Positions 26,507 to 35,639 of a stretch of 64,000 nucleotides of DNA are shown here, in pieces. Position 1 is the first letter of the stretch, and each line of letters opens with the position of its first letter. Made by a program: the position numbers and the translations under genes. The notes beneath the pieces are model-generated. The model was not told the DNA's origin. It saw nothing but the letters and a program-made list of their open reading frames with translations, and made no database searches. This DNA comes from Candidatus Borrarchaeum weybense (lineage in GTDB: Archaea; Asgardarchaeota; Sifarchaeia; Borrarchaeales; Borrarchaeaceae): positions 160,001-224,000 of the forward strand of contig JAHQJS010000006.1 in the NCBI GenBank assembly GCA_019057385.1, written 5' to 3'.

Positions 26507-27712
26507 ATGGAAATCGGAGAATTCTTCGCTGTAAGGCCAAAAGAAGGTCTTGAAGAGCTTGAATCCCACGAGTTGAAGTATGGAAACGGTGCAATTCAAG
26601 CTATAATGAATTTCATGCTAAAAAACCAATTAGTTGATGTCTTCTTGTCATTTACAGAACGTAAAGATCATTTTTCACTTAAACCGGTTATTGTAGAAGA
26701 GCCCAAAGAAATATTTGATATTTCTCTTTCACAATTTATTGCGTATAATTTACCAAACATCGATTCTGTTTCAAAATATGTTGCCTCTAAACTCAACGGG
26801 GCAAAAGATAACGACAAAAAAATAGGGGTAATTGCCAGACCCTGTGATATTAGAGCGTTCATAGAACTGGCAAAACGTGATCAAATTTCACTTGATAATC
26901 TTTTTGTGATTGGGCTCGAATGTATTGGTCGAATAGACCCAAGAGAACTCAAAAAAGTCCTTAAAAAAGCCGAGATTGACCCTGAAAGTGTGGTTAACGA
27001 AATAATAAATAACGGAGTCTTGACTCTGGAACTTAATACTGGAACAACTCAAGCCTTCAAGTTGGGCGAAGAAATCGATGTCAGGAGTTATTGTAATCAG
27101 TGCCCAAAGAAGGTTCCGAAAGAAAATGTTGCAGATTTAACCTTCTGGATTGATCATCCTCTTGAAGGAAATGAAGAGATTTTTGAAGTTCGTTCTACGC
27201 AGGGAAAGGAAGTGTTGGAGAAAGCAGCAACTGAAGTAATCGAGGTAGAAAAGCTTTCGGATGAGAATATTCAACAACTCAAGAATTACATTGCCTCCTT
27301 AGAACAAACTGCGCTTGAGCTGCAAGAGTCCGAATTTGCCAAGTTAGACGAAATGTCTGATGAAGAGCGGTTTGATTATATAATTTCAAACTTCGAGCAA
27401 TGCACGAGTTGTATGATGTGTATCCGTGCATGCCCGATCTGCTATTGTAAAGATTGTAATGTTGTACGAAGAAGAAAGGAATTAGATCCTATTATGATTA
27501 ATTTAACCCGCCTATCTCACGTAGGAGATACGTGCATCGCATGCGGAAAATGTAGCGAGGTCTGCCCGAAGTCGATTCCGCTATGTCTCATTTCAAAGAA
27601 ACTAGTGGAAGATTTAAAAGAACTCTGGCCTGGTCACGAGCCTGGTCACACTATAGAGGAAATTCCGCCAAGATCTTGGAAAGGCATGAAAGCAGCGAGT
27701 GGCGCTGAATAA
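26507..27712 (+). CDS. FrhB/FdhB-family F420-binding beta subunit with a C-terminal 2[4Fe-4S] domain
   Basis: ARPCDIRAFIEL.KR.QI...IGLEC.G, C..C, CTSCMMC..ACP.CYC..C, CIACGKC..VCP. ATG 26507 follows AGGAGA. Confidence 0.85.
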   Translation: MEIGEFFAVRPKEGLEELESHELKYGNGAIQAIMNFMLKNQLVDVFLSFTERKDHFSLKPVIVEEPKEIFDISLSQFIAYNLPNIDSVSKYVASKLNGAKDNDKKIGVIARPCDIRAFIELAKRDQISLDNLFVIGLECIGRIDPRELKKVLKKAEIDPESVVNEIINNGVLTLELNTGTTQAFKLGEEIDVRSYCNQCPKKVPKENVADLTFWIDHPLEGNEEIFEVRSTQGKEVLEKAATEVIEVEKLSDENIQQLKNYIASLEQTALELQESEFAKLDEMSDEERFDYIISNFEQCTSCMMCIRACPICYCKDCNVVRRRKELDPIMINLTRLSHVGDTCIACGKCSEVCPKSIPLCLISKKLVEDLKELWPGHEPGHTIEEIPPRSWKGMKAASGAE

Positions 27713-27762
27713 TTAAATAATTCTCAAACTGTCAATAAACCATCAAAATCAGTTATGAGGGT

Positions 27763-28929
27763 ATGAAATTGCAAAAAAGCATGATGACTGCTGAAGATAT
27801 AGTAGATTATTGTTATCAATGTGGCAAATGCTCTGGCAAATGCCCACTCGGACATATTATGGAATCGCCTAGAGTTATAATTCAGAAAGTACTTTCAGGA
27901 GACACCGAAGAGGTGATAAAGTCTAAAGATGTTTGGCGATGCCTCACGTGCAATGAATGCACAGTTCCAGAGTGTCCAATGGCTATCAATTTTGCTGAGT
28001 TTATTCGGACAATACGTACCAATGCGGTACGTGAGGGCTACCAAAACTTCAGAGAAACACATCACGAGGTTTTCAAAACAGCAACTAGATTAATGGCAAA
28101 CCCTAATATTAAGCCGAACAAATTATTGAACTGGCCAGAAGATGCTAAAATAAGTAAGGAAGGAGAAACTGCCCTCTTTGTTGGTTGTTTAGAGTTTTTT
28201 GATAACGTCTCTTATTTTGCCGATATGGGAGCTAAGTACGGTGAGATTTCAAAAGATGCTGTGAGAATCCTTAATGAATTAAATATTGTCCCTGTAGTCG
28301 TTGAGGACGAGAAATGTTGTGGACATGACGTTCTATGGTCTGGCGATGAAGAAACTTTTCTGAAATTGGCAGAGTACAATACAACTGCCTTTAAGAAAGC
28401 TAATGTGAAGCGTATTATAACTACTTGCGCAGAATGCTACCGCACATTAGCAGTAGATTATCCGAATTACGTGCCAGATTTTGATTTTGAGGTTATCCAT
28501 CTCTCCGAATTTCTTGCAAAGAAAATTGATGAAGGAAAATTAAAATTCCCCAGACATTTTAACAGAGTGGTAACGTATCACGATCCATGTCGACTAGGAC
28601 GACACATGAGTGTTTACGATGCTCCTAGAAAAGTGATGGAGCGTATCCCAGGTCTTACCTTAAAAGAAATGAAGAAGAATAAAGAGAAAGCGCTCTGTTG
28701 TGGTGTCAGTTCTTGGCTTAATTGTGATGATTATGCAAAAGCAATAAGGATAGACAGATTGACTGATGCACAAAACACAGGAGCACAAATATTAGTGAAT
28801 ACGTGCCCCAAGTGTGAGATGCATTTCAATTGTCTGAGATGTGAAAAAGGTGAGGACAAACCTTTAGATTTTACAAAATTAGAAGTAATGGACTTCGTGA
28901 CGCTTGTCGCAAAGGCTTTAGGTATTTAA
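27763..28929 (+). CDS. hdrD: HdrD-type protein (2[4Fe-4S] plus two CCG domains)
   Basis: CYQCGKCSGKCP, W.CLTC..C, FVGC, CCG, CAEC, YHDPC.LGRH, CCG, CPKC. Confidence 0.85.
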   Translation: MKLQKSMMTAEDIVDYCYQCGKCSGKCPLGHIMESPRVIIQKVLSGDTEEVIKSKDVWRCLTCNECTVPECPMAINFAEFIRTIRTNAVREGYQNFRETHHEVFKTATRLMANPNIKPNKLLNWPEDAKISKEGETALFVGCLEFFDNVSYFADMGAKYGEISKDAVRILNELNIVPVVVEDEKCCGHDVLWSGDEETFLKLAEYNTTAFKKANVKRIITTCAECYRTLAVDYPNYVPDFDFEVIHLSEFLAKKIDEGKLKFPRHFNRVVTYHDPCRLGRHMSVYDAPRKVMERIPGLTLKEMKKNKEKALCCGVSSWLNCDDYAKAIRIDRLTDAQNTGAQILVNTCPKCEMHFNCLRCEKGEDKPLDFTKLEVMDFVTLVAKALGI

Positions 28930-28944
28930 CTGGGAGGTTCATAC

Positions 28945-30498
28945 ATGGCTAGTCCCAACGAGTCAAACAATGTCGTCTTGGTTATTGGTGGTGGAATTGC
29001 AGGTATCCAGTCTTCATTAGACCTTGCGAAATTGGGTTTTAATATATACCTTGTTGAAAAACGCCCTAGTATTGGAGGCATAATGGCGCAACTCGACAAA
29101 TTATATCCTTCAATGGAAAACAGTCTGTATCACTTAACTCCGAAAATGGGTGATGTACTAGAAAACCCAAATATCGCATTACTCACCTATTCTGAAGTGA
29201 CAAATGTTGATGGATCCGCAGGCGACTTTAAAGTGACTATTCTGCAGCATCCACGCTTTGTCGATGGTACAAAATGCGATGCATGCGATACATGTACGAC
29301 GGTTTGCCCAATGGTGACCGTGGACACAGATTTCGATATGGGGCTGGGAAAAAGAAAAGCAGCGTACACACCATTTACACAGGCAGTACCAAAAACATAC
29401 GTGATCGATAAAGATATCTGCTTATATTTCAACAACAAAATGTGCCAGAGTTGTCAAAAATTATGCCCAAAAGGCGCTATTAACTTTGATCAGGAGCCAG
29501 TTGAGAGGCAAATCGATGTAAATGCGATAATTGTCGCAACTGGGGTACTACGATATAACATATCAAATCTATCAAAGTATGGCTATGATTTTGAAAATGT
29601 TTTGACAGGATTGGAATTTGAAAGAATTCTAACATCGAATGGACCTACTGAGGGTCAAATAATTAGAATTTCTGACAGGCAAATACCAGAAACCATTGCA
29701 TTCATTCCCTTAGACTCATCAAAGTCACAAAAAGCGGTTGCAATAAAACAAAGTATTGAATCCAAAGAAAGAAATCCCAACATAGAGTGCGTTGTTCTCA
29801 TGGATGGAACTTTAGAAGATGAGAAGTTTGCCACATTTATTCAAAGGTCAATGGCAGACGGTGTCAGTTATATTGATGGGATTATTTCCGCAGTAGAAGA
29901 AGATCCAGATCGCAAAGATTTGATTCTTCAATACAAAGACAAAAATTCAGAGGAAAATAAAGAAATAAAAGTCAATATGGCAATCCTCTTTGACCAATTA
30001 CTTCCTTCAAAGGAAGAGATGACCCAGCTGGCATCAGTTTTGGGGTTAAAACTAACCAAGAAAGGGTTCTTTAAAAAGAAATCAAAATCAGAAACTGTTG
30101 AAACAAAAAAGGCTGGAGTCTTTGCTATAGGTGCTGGGCTGCAACCAGAAGATGTTTCGTTGGTATTAACTGATGTTAATACGGTAGTATCAAAAATCGC
30201 CTCACAATTTGCACCACCAGAACTATGGACGCCTAAAGCATTCGTTGAAACAGAATATTGCATTGGTTGCGGATATTGTAGAGAGGCCTGTCCCTTTTAT
30301 GCTATTAGCCTGCAGGTAGTAGAACTAGAGTTACCTGTGGCAGAGGTGGCGGGTATACCTCTCAAAACAAGAAAGGCACAGGTACATGAAAGTCTCTGTA
30401 GAGGTTGCGGAATCTGCGTTTCAGAATGTCCTGTTCAAGCCATCAGATATGGTGACCCACAAACATTGGAGCAAGTACTTTCGGCACCTGTTGAATAG
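28945..30498 (+). CDS. HdrA-like flavoprotein, truncated and partly Cys-degenerate
   Basis: GGGIAG, EK.PSIGG.MAQLDK, inserted and C-terminal ferredoxins, EFER. Lacks the N-terminal domain, CxxC and CVGSR..CS..CC. Confidence 0.85.
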   Translation: MASPNESNNVVLVIGGGIAGIQSSLDLAKLGFNIYLVEKRPSIGGIMAQLDKLYPSMENSLYHLTPKMGDVLENPNIALLTYSEVTNVDGSAGDFKVTILQHPRFVDGTKCDACDTCTTVCPMVTVDTDFDMGLGKRKAAYTPFTQAVPKTYVIDKDICLYFNNKMCQSCQKLCPKGAINFDQEPVERQIDVNAIIVATGVLRYNISNLSKYGYDFENVLTGLEFERILTSNGPTEGQIIRISDRQIPETIAFIPLDSSKSQKAVAIKQSIESKERNPNIECVVLMDGTLEDEKFATFIQRSMADGVSYIDGIISAVEEDPDRKDLILQYKDKNSEENKEIKVNMAILFDQLLPSKEEMTQLASVLGLKLTKKGFFKKKSKSETVETKKAGVFAIGAGLQPEDVSLVLTDVNTVVSKIASQFAPPELWTPKAFVETEYCIGCGYCREACPFYAISLQVVELELPVAEVAGIPLKTRKAQVHESLCRGCGICVSECPVQAIRYGDPQTLEQVLSAPVE

Positions 30499-30646
30499 AT
30501 TCCAATCTAAACTTATCCTCTCTGGTGCCTTCATAAAAAGACGTGATGCAAAAACAGCATGTTAAATAATGTTCAAAAACTGACACGATGGAAAGATTAA
30601 AAGAGATCGTTTCAGCTCATATATTTGAAATTCAGCTCATCTAAAT

Positions 30647-32389
30647 ATGGTGGTAACATTGACAAGGAATCTGTTAATCAAAAATGGAACCGTTTTTGAC
30701 CCAACTAACGAAATTGACGGCGAGAAAATAGATATTGCTATCAAAGACGGGAAAATTGTCGAGAAAGTACCCAAAGATGCTAAAATTATAGATGCTTCAA
30801 ATATGATCGTGATGCCTGGTGGAGTCGACCTTCATGCGCACATTGCAGGGAGCAAAGTAAACAGTGGTCGGCTCTTCAGACCTGAAGATCATCGTTATGA
30901 GGTTTACGCACGTACAGCTACGACTCGCGCTGGCGTGGGACATTCAGTTCCCTCGACATTTACGGCAGGATATCGCTATGTAAATATGGGTTATACTACG
31001 GTAATGGAACCAGCAGTACCTCCACTGAAAGCCAGACATACCCACGAGGAACTAAGAGATACACCCATAATTGATAAGGCGTGCTTCCCACTCTTTGGAA
31101 ACAACTGGTTCGTATTAGAATGCATTGCAAACGACAACCTTGACATGCTTGCCGCATTTATTGCATGGATGCTCAAAGCAACAAAAGGATATGCCATCAA
31201 GCTCGTCAATCCGGGCGGATCAGAAGCCTGGAGTTGGGGTAGAAACGTGGACTCTTTAGATGATCCCGTTCCTAGTTTTAATGTTACTCCACGCCAGATC
31301 ATTAGATACTTGGCACAAGCAAACGAAAAACTAGGGCTTCCTCATCCAATCCATCTCCATACGGTAAATCTCGGACAACCTGGTAACGTTGAAATTACTA
31401 TTGAAACGATGAAAGCGCTAAAAGACATTAAGGTAGCAGGAAATGGGAATGGAGGGCGTAAAGAAGTTCTTCATATGACACATCTTCAATTTCATAGCTA
31501 CGGTGGAACTGGTTGGAGAGATTTCGGTTCTGGTGCCGCTGAAATAGCGGATTATTTGAATAAGAACGACCATGTAAGCTTCGATCTCGGGCAAATAATG
31601 TTCGGAGACACGACTACAATGACTGCGGATGGTCCAATGGAGTATAGCCTATATAAACTGACACATAACAAATGGATGAACGGAGATGTCGAATTAGAAT
31701 GTGGCTCAGGAATAGTGCCTTTTACATATTCTAGAAAAAACCCAGTGAACTCCATTCAGTGGACAATTGGAATGGAATATGCATTATTAATTGAAGATCC
31801 TTGGCGGGTAGTTCTAACAACTGACCATCCTAACGGAGGTCCTTTTACTACATATCCTGGCTTAATTTCATGGCTTATGAGTAAAAAAGCACGTGACGAC
31901 ATATTGAAAGGTGCACATAAAAAAGCAACCAGCGCAAGCACATTAAGTGACATCGACAGAGAACTGACCTTCTATGAAATTGCAATCATGACGCGAGCAG
32001 CCGCTGCAAGATTATTAGGCTTAAAGAATAAAGGACATCTTGGAATTGGAGCAGATGCTGATGTCGCTATCTACAATTTCGACCCCGTAGCTAATCCCTC
32101 TGAAAATCATGTTGCCATACAAAAGGCATTCTCTAATACAGCATACACAATCAAGGACGGCGAAGTAGTTGCAAAAGATGGAAACATTTTAGCCTCGCCA
32201 GAAGGAAGAACTTTTTGGCTAGATATTAAGATCCCAGCAGAACTAGAAAATGCATTGTTACCGGTTTTGGAAGAGAAGTTTCGTAACTATTACACCATTC
32301 AACTCAGCAATTACCCCGTAGAACTAGACTATCTACCTCGCTCTACACCGCTCCAAATGGATGTCACTCAAAATTTTAGTTCTAACTAA
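30647..32389 (+). CDS. fwdA: Formylmethanofuran dehydrogenase subunit A
   Basis: D.HAHIAG.KVN.GR..RPEDH, K.VNPGG, TTMTADGP, TTDHPNGGPF. Confidence 0.96.
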   Translation: MVVTLTRNLLIKNGTVFDPTNEIDGEKIDIAIKDGKIVEKVPKDAKIIDASNMIVMPGGVDLHAHIAGSKVNSGRLFRPEDHRYEVYARTATTRAGVGHSVPSTFTAGYRYVNMGYTTVMEPAVPPLKARHTHEELRDTPIIDKACFPLFGNNWFVLECIANDNLDMLAAFIAWMLKATKGYAIKLVNPGGSEAWSWGRNVDSLDDPVPSFNVTPRQIIRYLAQANEKLGLPHPIHLHTVNLGQPGNVEITIETMKALKDIKVAGNGNGGRKEVLHMTHLQFHSYGGTGWRDFGSGAAEIADYLNKNDHVSFDLGQIMFGDTTTMTADGPMEYSLYKLTHNKWMNGDVELECGSGIVPFTYSRKNPVNSIQWTIGMEYALLIEDPWRVVLTTDHPNGGPFTTYPGLISWLMSKKARDDILKGAHKKATSASTLSDIDRELTFYEIAIMTRAAAARLLGLKNKGHLGIGADADVAIYNFDPVANPSENHVAIQKAFSNTAYTIKDGEVVAKDGNILASPEGRTFWLDIKIPAELENALLPVLEEKFRNYYTIQLSNYPVELDYLPRSTPLQMDVTQNFSSN

Positions 32390-32607
32390 ACTTACATCTT
32401 TTTTTTCAACTTTAAAATGATTTTATAGCGCAGGTTTTTTTCCCCGTGAAATCTTTCAAAGATAAGCCTAATGTCTCTTATCTAGTGTATGCTCAGTTTT
32501 CGAAAATAGTCAATATCTTCAAAATCTGAATCATTCACGTTTCTGAGGAAATGGTTTTTAAGGATCGATAATGATGATTCATACAACGAGTCTTGGTGAT
32601 GCTATAA

Positions 32608-33573
32608 ATGCCTTGGATACCTCTTTCAACAGTGAAACCCTTTGAAATAGATAGAGCTACACGCCAACGTCTCTATTTTGGACTTGGTGAATTTCCACCG
32701 TTGAACCTTGTCGATCCTAAAGAGGTTGAAAAGTATCTGCGCTGGCATCCAAAACTGGTAAATAACGAGGAAATCATCTCAGTAACGGAAGTCTATGGCT
32801 ATTATCCTGACCTCTATGAGCATTGGTCTCGGAATAAAGTCTACCTTATAGACTTTTTAACTGAGGGTATTCCCATTTCCTCTATTGAGGGTGGCGGTTT
32901 AGATCTCGTAAAAGAAAATGTAGTTGGAAAAGTTGTAGACCCAGATGCTGGCATTCGAGAGCGGTCTGTGCAAACTAAACTCTACCAGAGTGGGTATCCA
33001 GTGCCTGAACCAAGAGGCTTATCGCTTCCTATGCAAGCAGAAGATGAAGAAATCTTAAAACACGCGAAACCTAAGTCTGTGCTTTGGATGGACTATATAA
33101 ATTCTAAATACACCTTTGAGAAGTATATGCTTCGACTATGCCTCGGAGAGGAAAGGGTAAACAGTTCATTCCAAGATATAAGTGACCTTATTATAGCAAT
33201 GTGGGATCTTGGTATTGCCCATGGTGATCTAAAAGGAGAGCATATTCTTAGAACAAAGAAGGATAACTGGGTAATTATTGACCTTGGAGAAGCGAAGGAT
33301 GATGAATATACAGCCCGTGTTGCCGACTTATATGTCCTCGTCACTGATACAACTGTATTTATCGAGAGACACTTACGATCAAGAAATTTGGATGAAGAAG
33401 CATTTAATCATGCCTTAACTGATTTGGGCGATGCACTAACTTTATTCTTAGAAAATATCAGTACTTCTGTACGACAAAACTTGATGACGGATGTTTGGCG
33501 ACGAATTCGAAAAGAAGCAACAATATTAGGTGATGCTTTTCGGAATATCGTTGTATCTGCCTTTCCGACGTAA
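32608..33573 (+). CDS. Atypical protein kinase (RIO/Bud32/Kdo-like fold)
   Basis: VVGK, RE...LY..G.PVP.P, MDYI, HGDLKGEHIL, IIDLG. Confidence 0.75.
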   Translation: MPWIPLSTVKPFEIDRATRQRLYFGLGEFPPLNLVDPKEVEKYLRWHPKLVNNEEIISVTEVYGYYPDLYEHWSRNKVYLIDFLTEGIPISSIEGGGLDLVKENVVGKVVDPDAGIRERSVQTKLYQSGYPVPEPRGLSLPMQAEDEEILKHAKPKSVLWMDYINSKYTFEKYMLRLCLGEERVNSSFQDISDLIIAMWDLGIAHGDLKGEHILRTKKDNWVIIDLGEAKDDEYTARVADLYVLVTDTTVFIERHLRSRNLDEEAFNHALTDLGDALTLFLENISTSVRQNLMTDVWRRIRKEATILGDAFRNIVVSAFPT

Positions 33574-33737
33574 TTTATTCCAGTAAAGCGATTTTTTGCC
33601 TGTCTACCTTTTCTTTTCATCTTTCTTTGTCGTTTGAGAATCTTCTTTTCTTTAATTACCGGGTTAGATTCACAAGAAATAAGAATAATGAATACGGTGT
33701 CTACTCAGAATCGAACTGAAGGCGAGGATGATTAAGA

Positions 33738-35606
33738 ATGAAAACACTAGTGCTTGGTAATTCGCTGCTAACGGTAACGATTAATGAAAATGCCGACATT
33801 TCAGAAATGTATTTCCCGTATGTAGGACTCTACCAGTTGGTAGATAAGATGTATTTGGGAGTCTGGGAGAAATCAAAAGGTATTAACTGGCTTAAGGACT
33901 CGCACCACTGGGCTGTTTCTCAGTCCTATATAGATGATTCTCAAATTGGAGTAACTCATGCCATTAATAAACATGATATTAGCCTAACGATAAGAGATTT
34001 TGTATATCCTTATCTCCCGATTTTTGTACGAGATATTGTCATTGAGAGTCCCAACAAACGGGAAATTAAACTATTCAGTTATCATGATATACATTTTACA
34101 GGTATGGCGATTCCTGATTCAGCAGTTTATGATGAAAAGATTAAAAGCATCGTACATTACGAACTTTCAAATTATGTTCTAATTGGAAGTATCCCACACT
34201 TTACACAACTGGCATGTGGTCGTGCAGATTTTAAAGATTTGCGTGGGACTTTTGTAGACGCTGAGGATGGTAATCTATCAGGCTGCCCTGCCTCACATGG
34301 ACCAGTAGATTCAGCGTTAGGGATTAATGTGAGTTTGGATCCACAAAAAAATCCATTTTCGCGGGTTTCATTGTTCTTTTGTGCTGGACAAGGATATCAT
34401 GAGGCGAACAAAGCTCGAAAAGTTGTGCTCTATAAAACAATTGATAAGTTATATGATGAGACCTTCATCTTTTGGAATCGATGGCTAAAGAATGCAAGAG
34501 ATTCAGCAAATGCCGAAAATGTAACTGACAAACGCCTTAAGAAAATTTTTAACATTTCGGCTATAATCACGGCTCTAATGTCTGATCACAAAACAGGTTC
34601 GATCATTGCCTCGCCAGATGCAGATATAGTTCGACATGGAGGAGATTCTTACCTTTACTGTTGGCCGAGGGACGCCGCCTTTGTTGTTAAGGGATATGAT
34701 TCAATCGAAAAGTTCTCGTTATCTCGCAAATTCTTCGATTTTGCAATCAATACTATTGGAAGTGGTAACTATTTTCTTCATAGATATTGTCCAGAAGGCT
34801 CATTTGGACCAACATGGCACGAACATCCCTTCATTCAGATCGATCAGACTGGAGCAGTTCTATTTGCGCTTGATAGTCATTGTAGATCATTGCCGGATCT
34901 AGAGTATCTAAGAAACCATAAATTGTGGGAAATGATAAAAGACGCAACAGAATTTCTAATGAAATGGAGAGACGAAGAAACCAAACTGCCGAAGCCTATA
35001 AGCTATGATCTTTGGGAGGAAAGAAAGGGAATCTTCACTTATTCGTCTTCTGCTGTTTATGGCGGGCTCTTAGGAGCATCTAGAATCGCCCACAATCTCG
35101 GAAAACTGGGTTTTTCAAAACGTTGGCATGAAGGGGCAGAGGAGATAAAAGAGGCGATCCAGAGATTCCTATGGAATCCAAATACCCAGAGATTTAGAAG
35201 ATCAATAAAACCAGAAGACGATACTATCGATTCATCGTTATTTGGCATTTGGTTTTTTGATGTCCTTCCACCTTCAGATGAACGTGTGCGTTCTACCATG
35301 AAAGCAATAGAAGATCATCTTTTGAAAGAACGTGGAGTTTTCAGATATCAAGGTGATAATTATCAAGGTTATGAAAATCCTTGGATTATCTGCACACTAT
35401 TTCTTGCGGAATATTATCTCTGGATTAATGAGACCAAAAAAGCTATTAGATTATTTCATCTAGTTGCAGACAATGCTTTAGAGACCTATCTACTTCCAGA
35501 ACAAGTTGATTCTAATGGAAATCCATTAAGTGTTGTGCCATTAACATGGTCACATGCGCAGTATTTAATTGCTTTTAAGCAGTTAGCAAAGAAATTAGCT
35601 AAATAA
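33738..35606 (+). CDS. Glycoside hydrolase family 15 (glucoamylase/trehalase-like)
   Basis: YCWPRD, QIDQTG, YDLWEE, DSSL, LPEQ, PLTWSHA. Confidence 0.93.
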   Translation: MKTLVLGNSLLTVTINENADISEMYFPYVGLYQLVDKMYLGVWEKSKGINWLKDSHHWAVSQSYIDDSQIGVTHAINKHDISLTIRDFVYPYLPIFVRDIVIESPNKREIKLFSYHDIHFTGMAIPDSAVYDEKIKSIVHYELSNYVLIGSIPHFTQLACGRADFKDLRGTFVDAEDGNLSGCPASHGPVDSALGINVSLDPQKNPFSRVSLFFCAGQGYHEANKARKVVLYKTIDKLYDETFIFWNRWLKNARDSANAENVTDKRLKKIFNISAIITALMSDHKTGSIIASPDADIVRHGGDSYLYCWPRDAAFVVKGYDSIEKFSLSRKFFDFAINTIGSGNYFLHRYCPEGSFGPTWHEHPFIQIDQTGAVLFALDSHCRSLPDLEYLRNHKLWEMIKDATEFLMKWRDEETKLPKPISYDLWEERKGIFTYSSSAVYGGLLGASRIAHNLGKLGFSKRWHEGAEEIKEAIQRFLWNPNTQRFRRSIKPEDDTIDSSLFGIWFFDVLPPSDERVRSTMKAIEDHLLKERGVFRYQGDNYQGYENPWIICTLFLAEYYLWINETKKAIRLFHLVADNALETYLLPEQVDSNGNPLSVVPLTWSHAQYLIAFKQLAKKLAK

Positions 35607-35639
35607 AAAAAGAATGAACTCTCAAAGAGAGAATTCATC

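Noticed and set aside
33408-33660. Basic eL41-like peptide on the minus strand
   Set aside because: The Lys/Arg richness is explained by the pyrimidine-rich terminator on the plus strand, and it overlaps the kinase gene.
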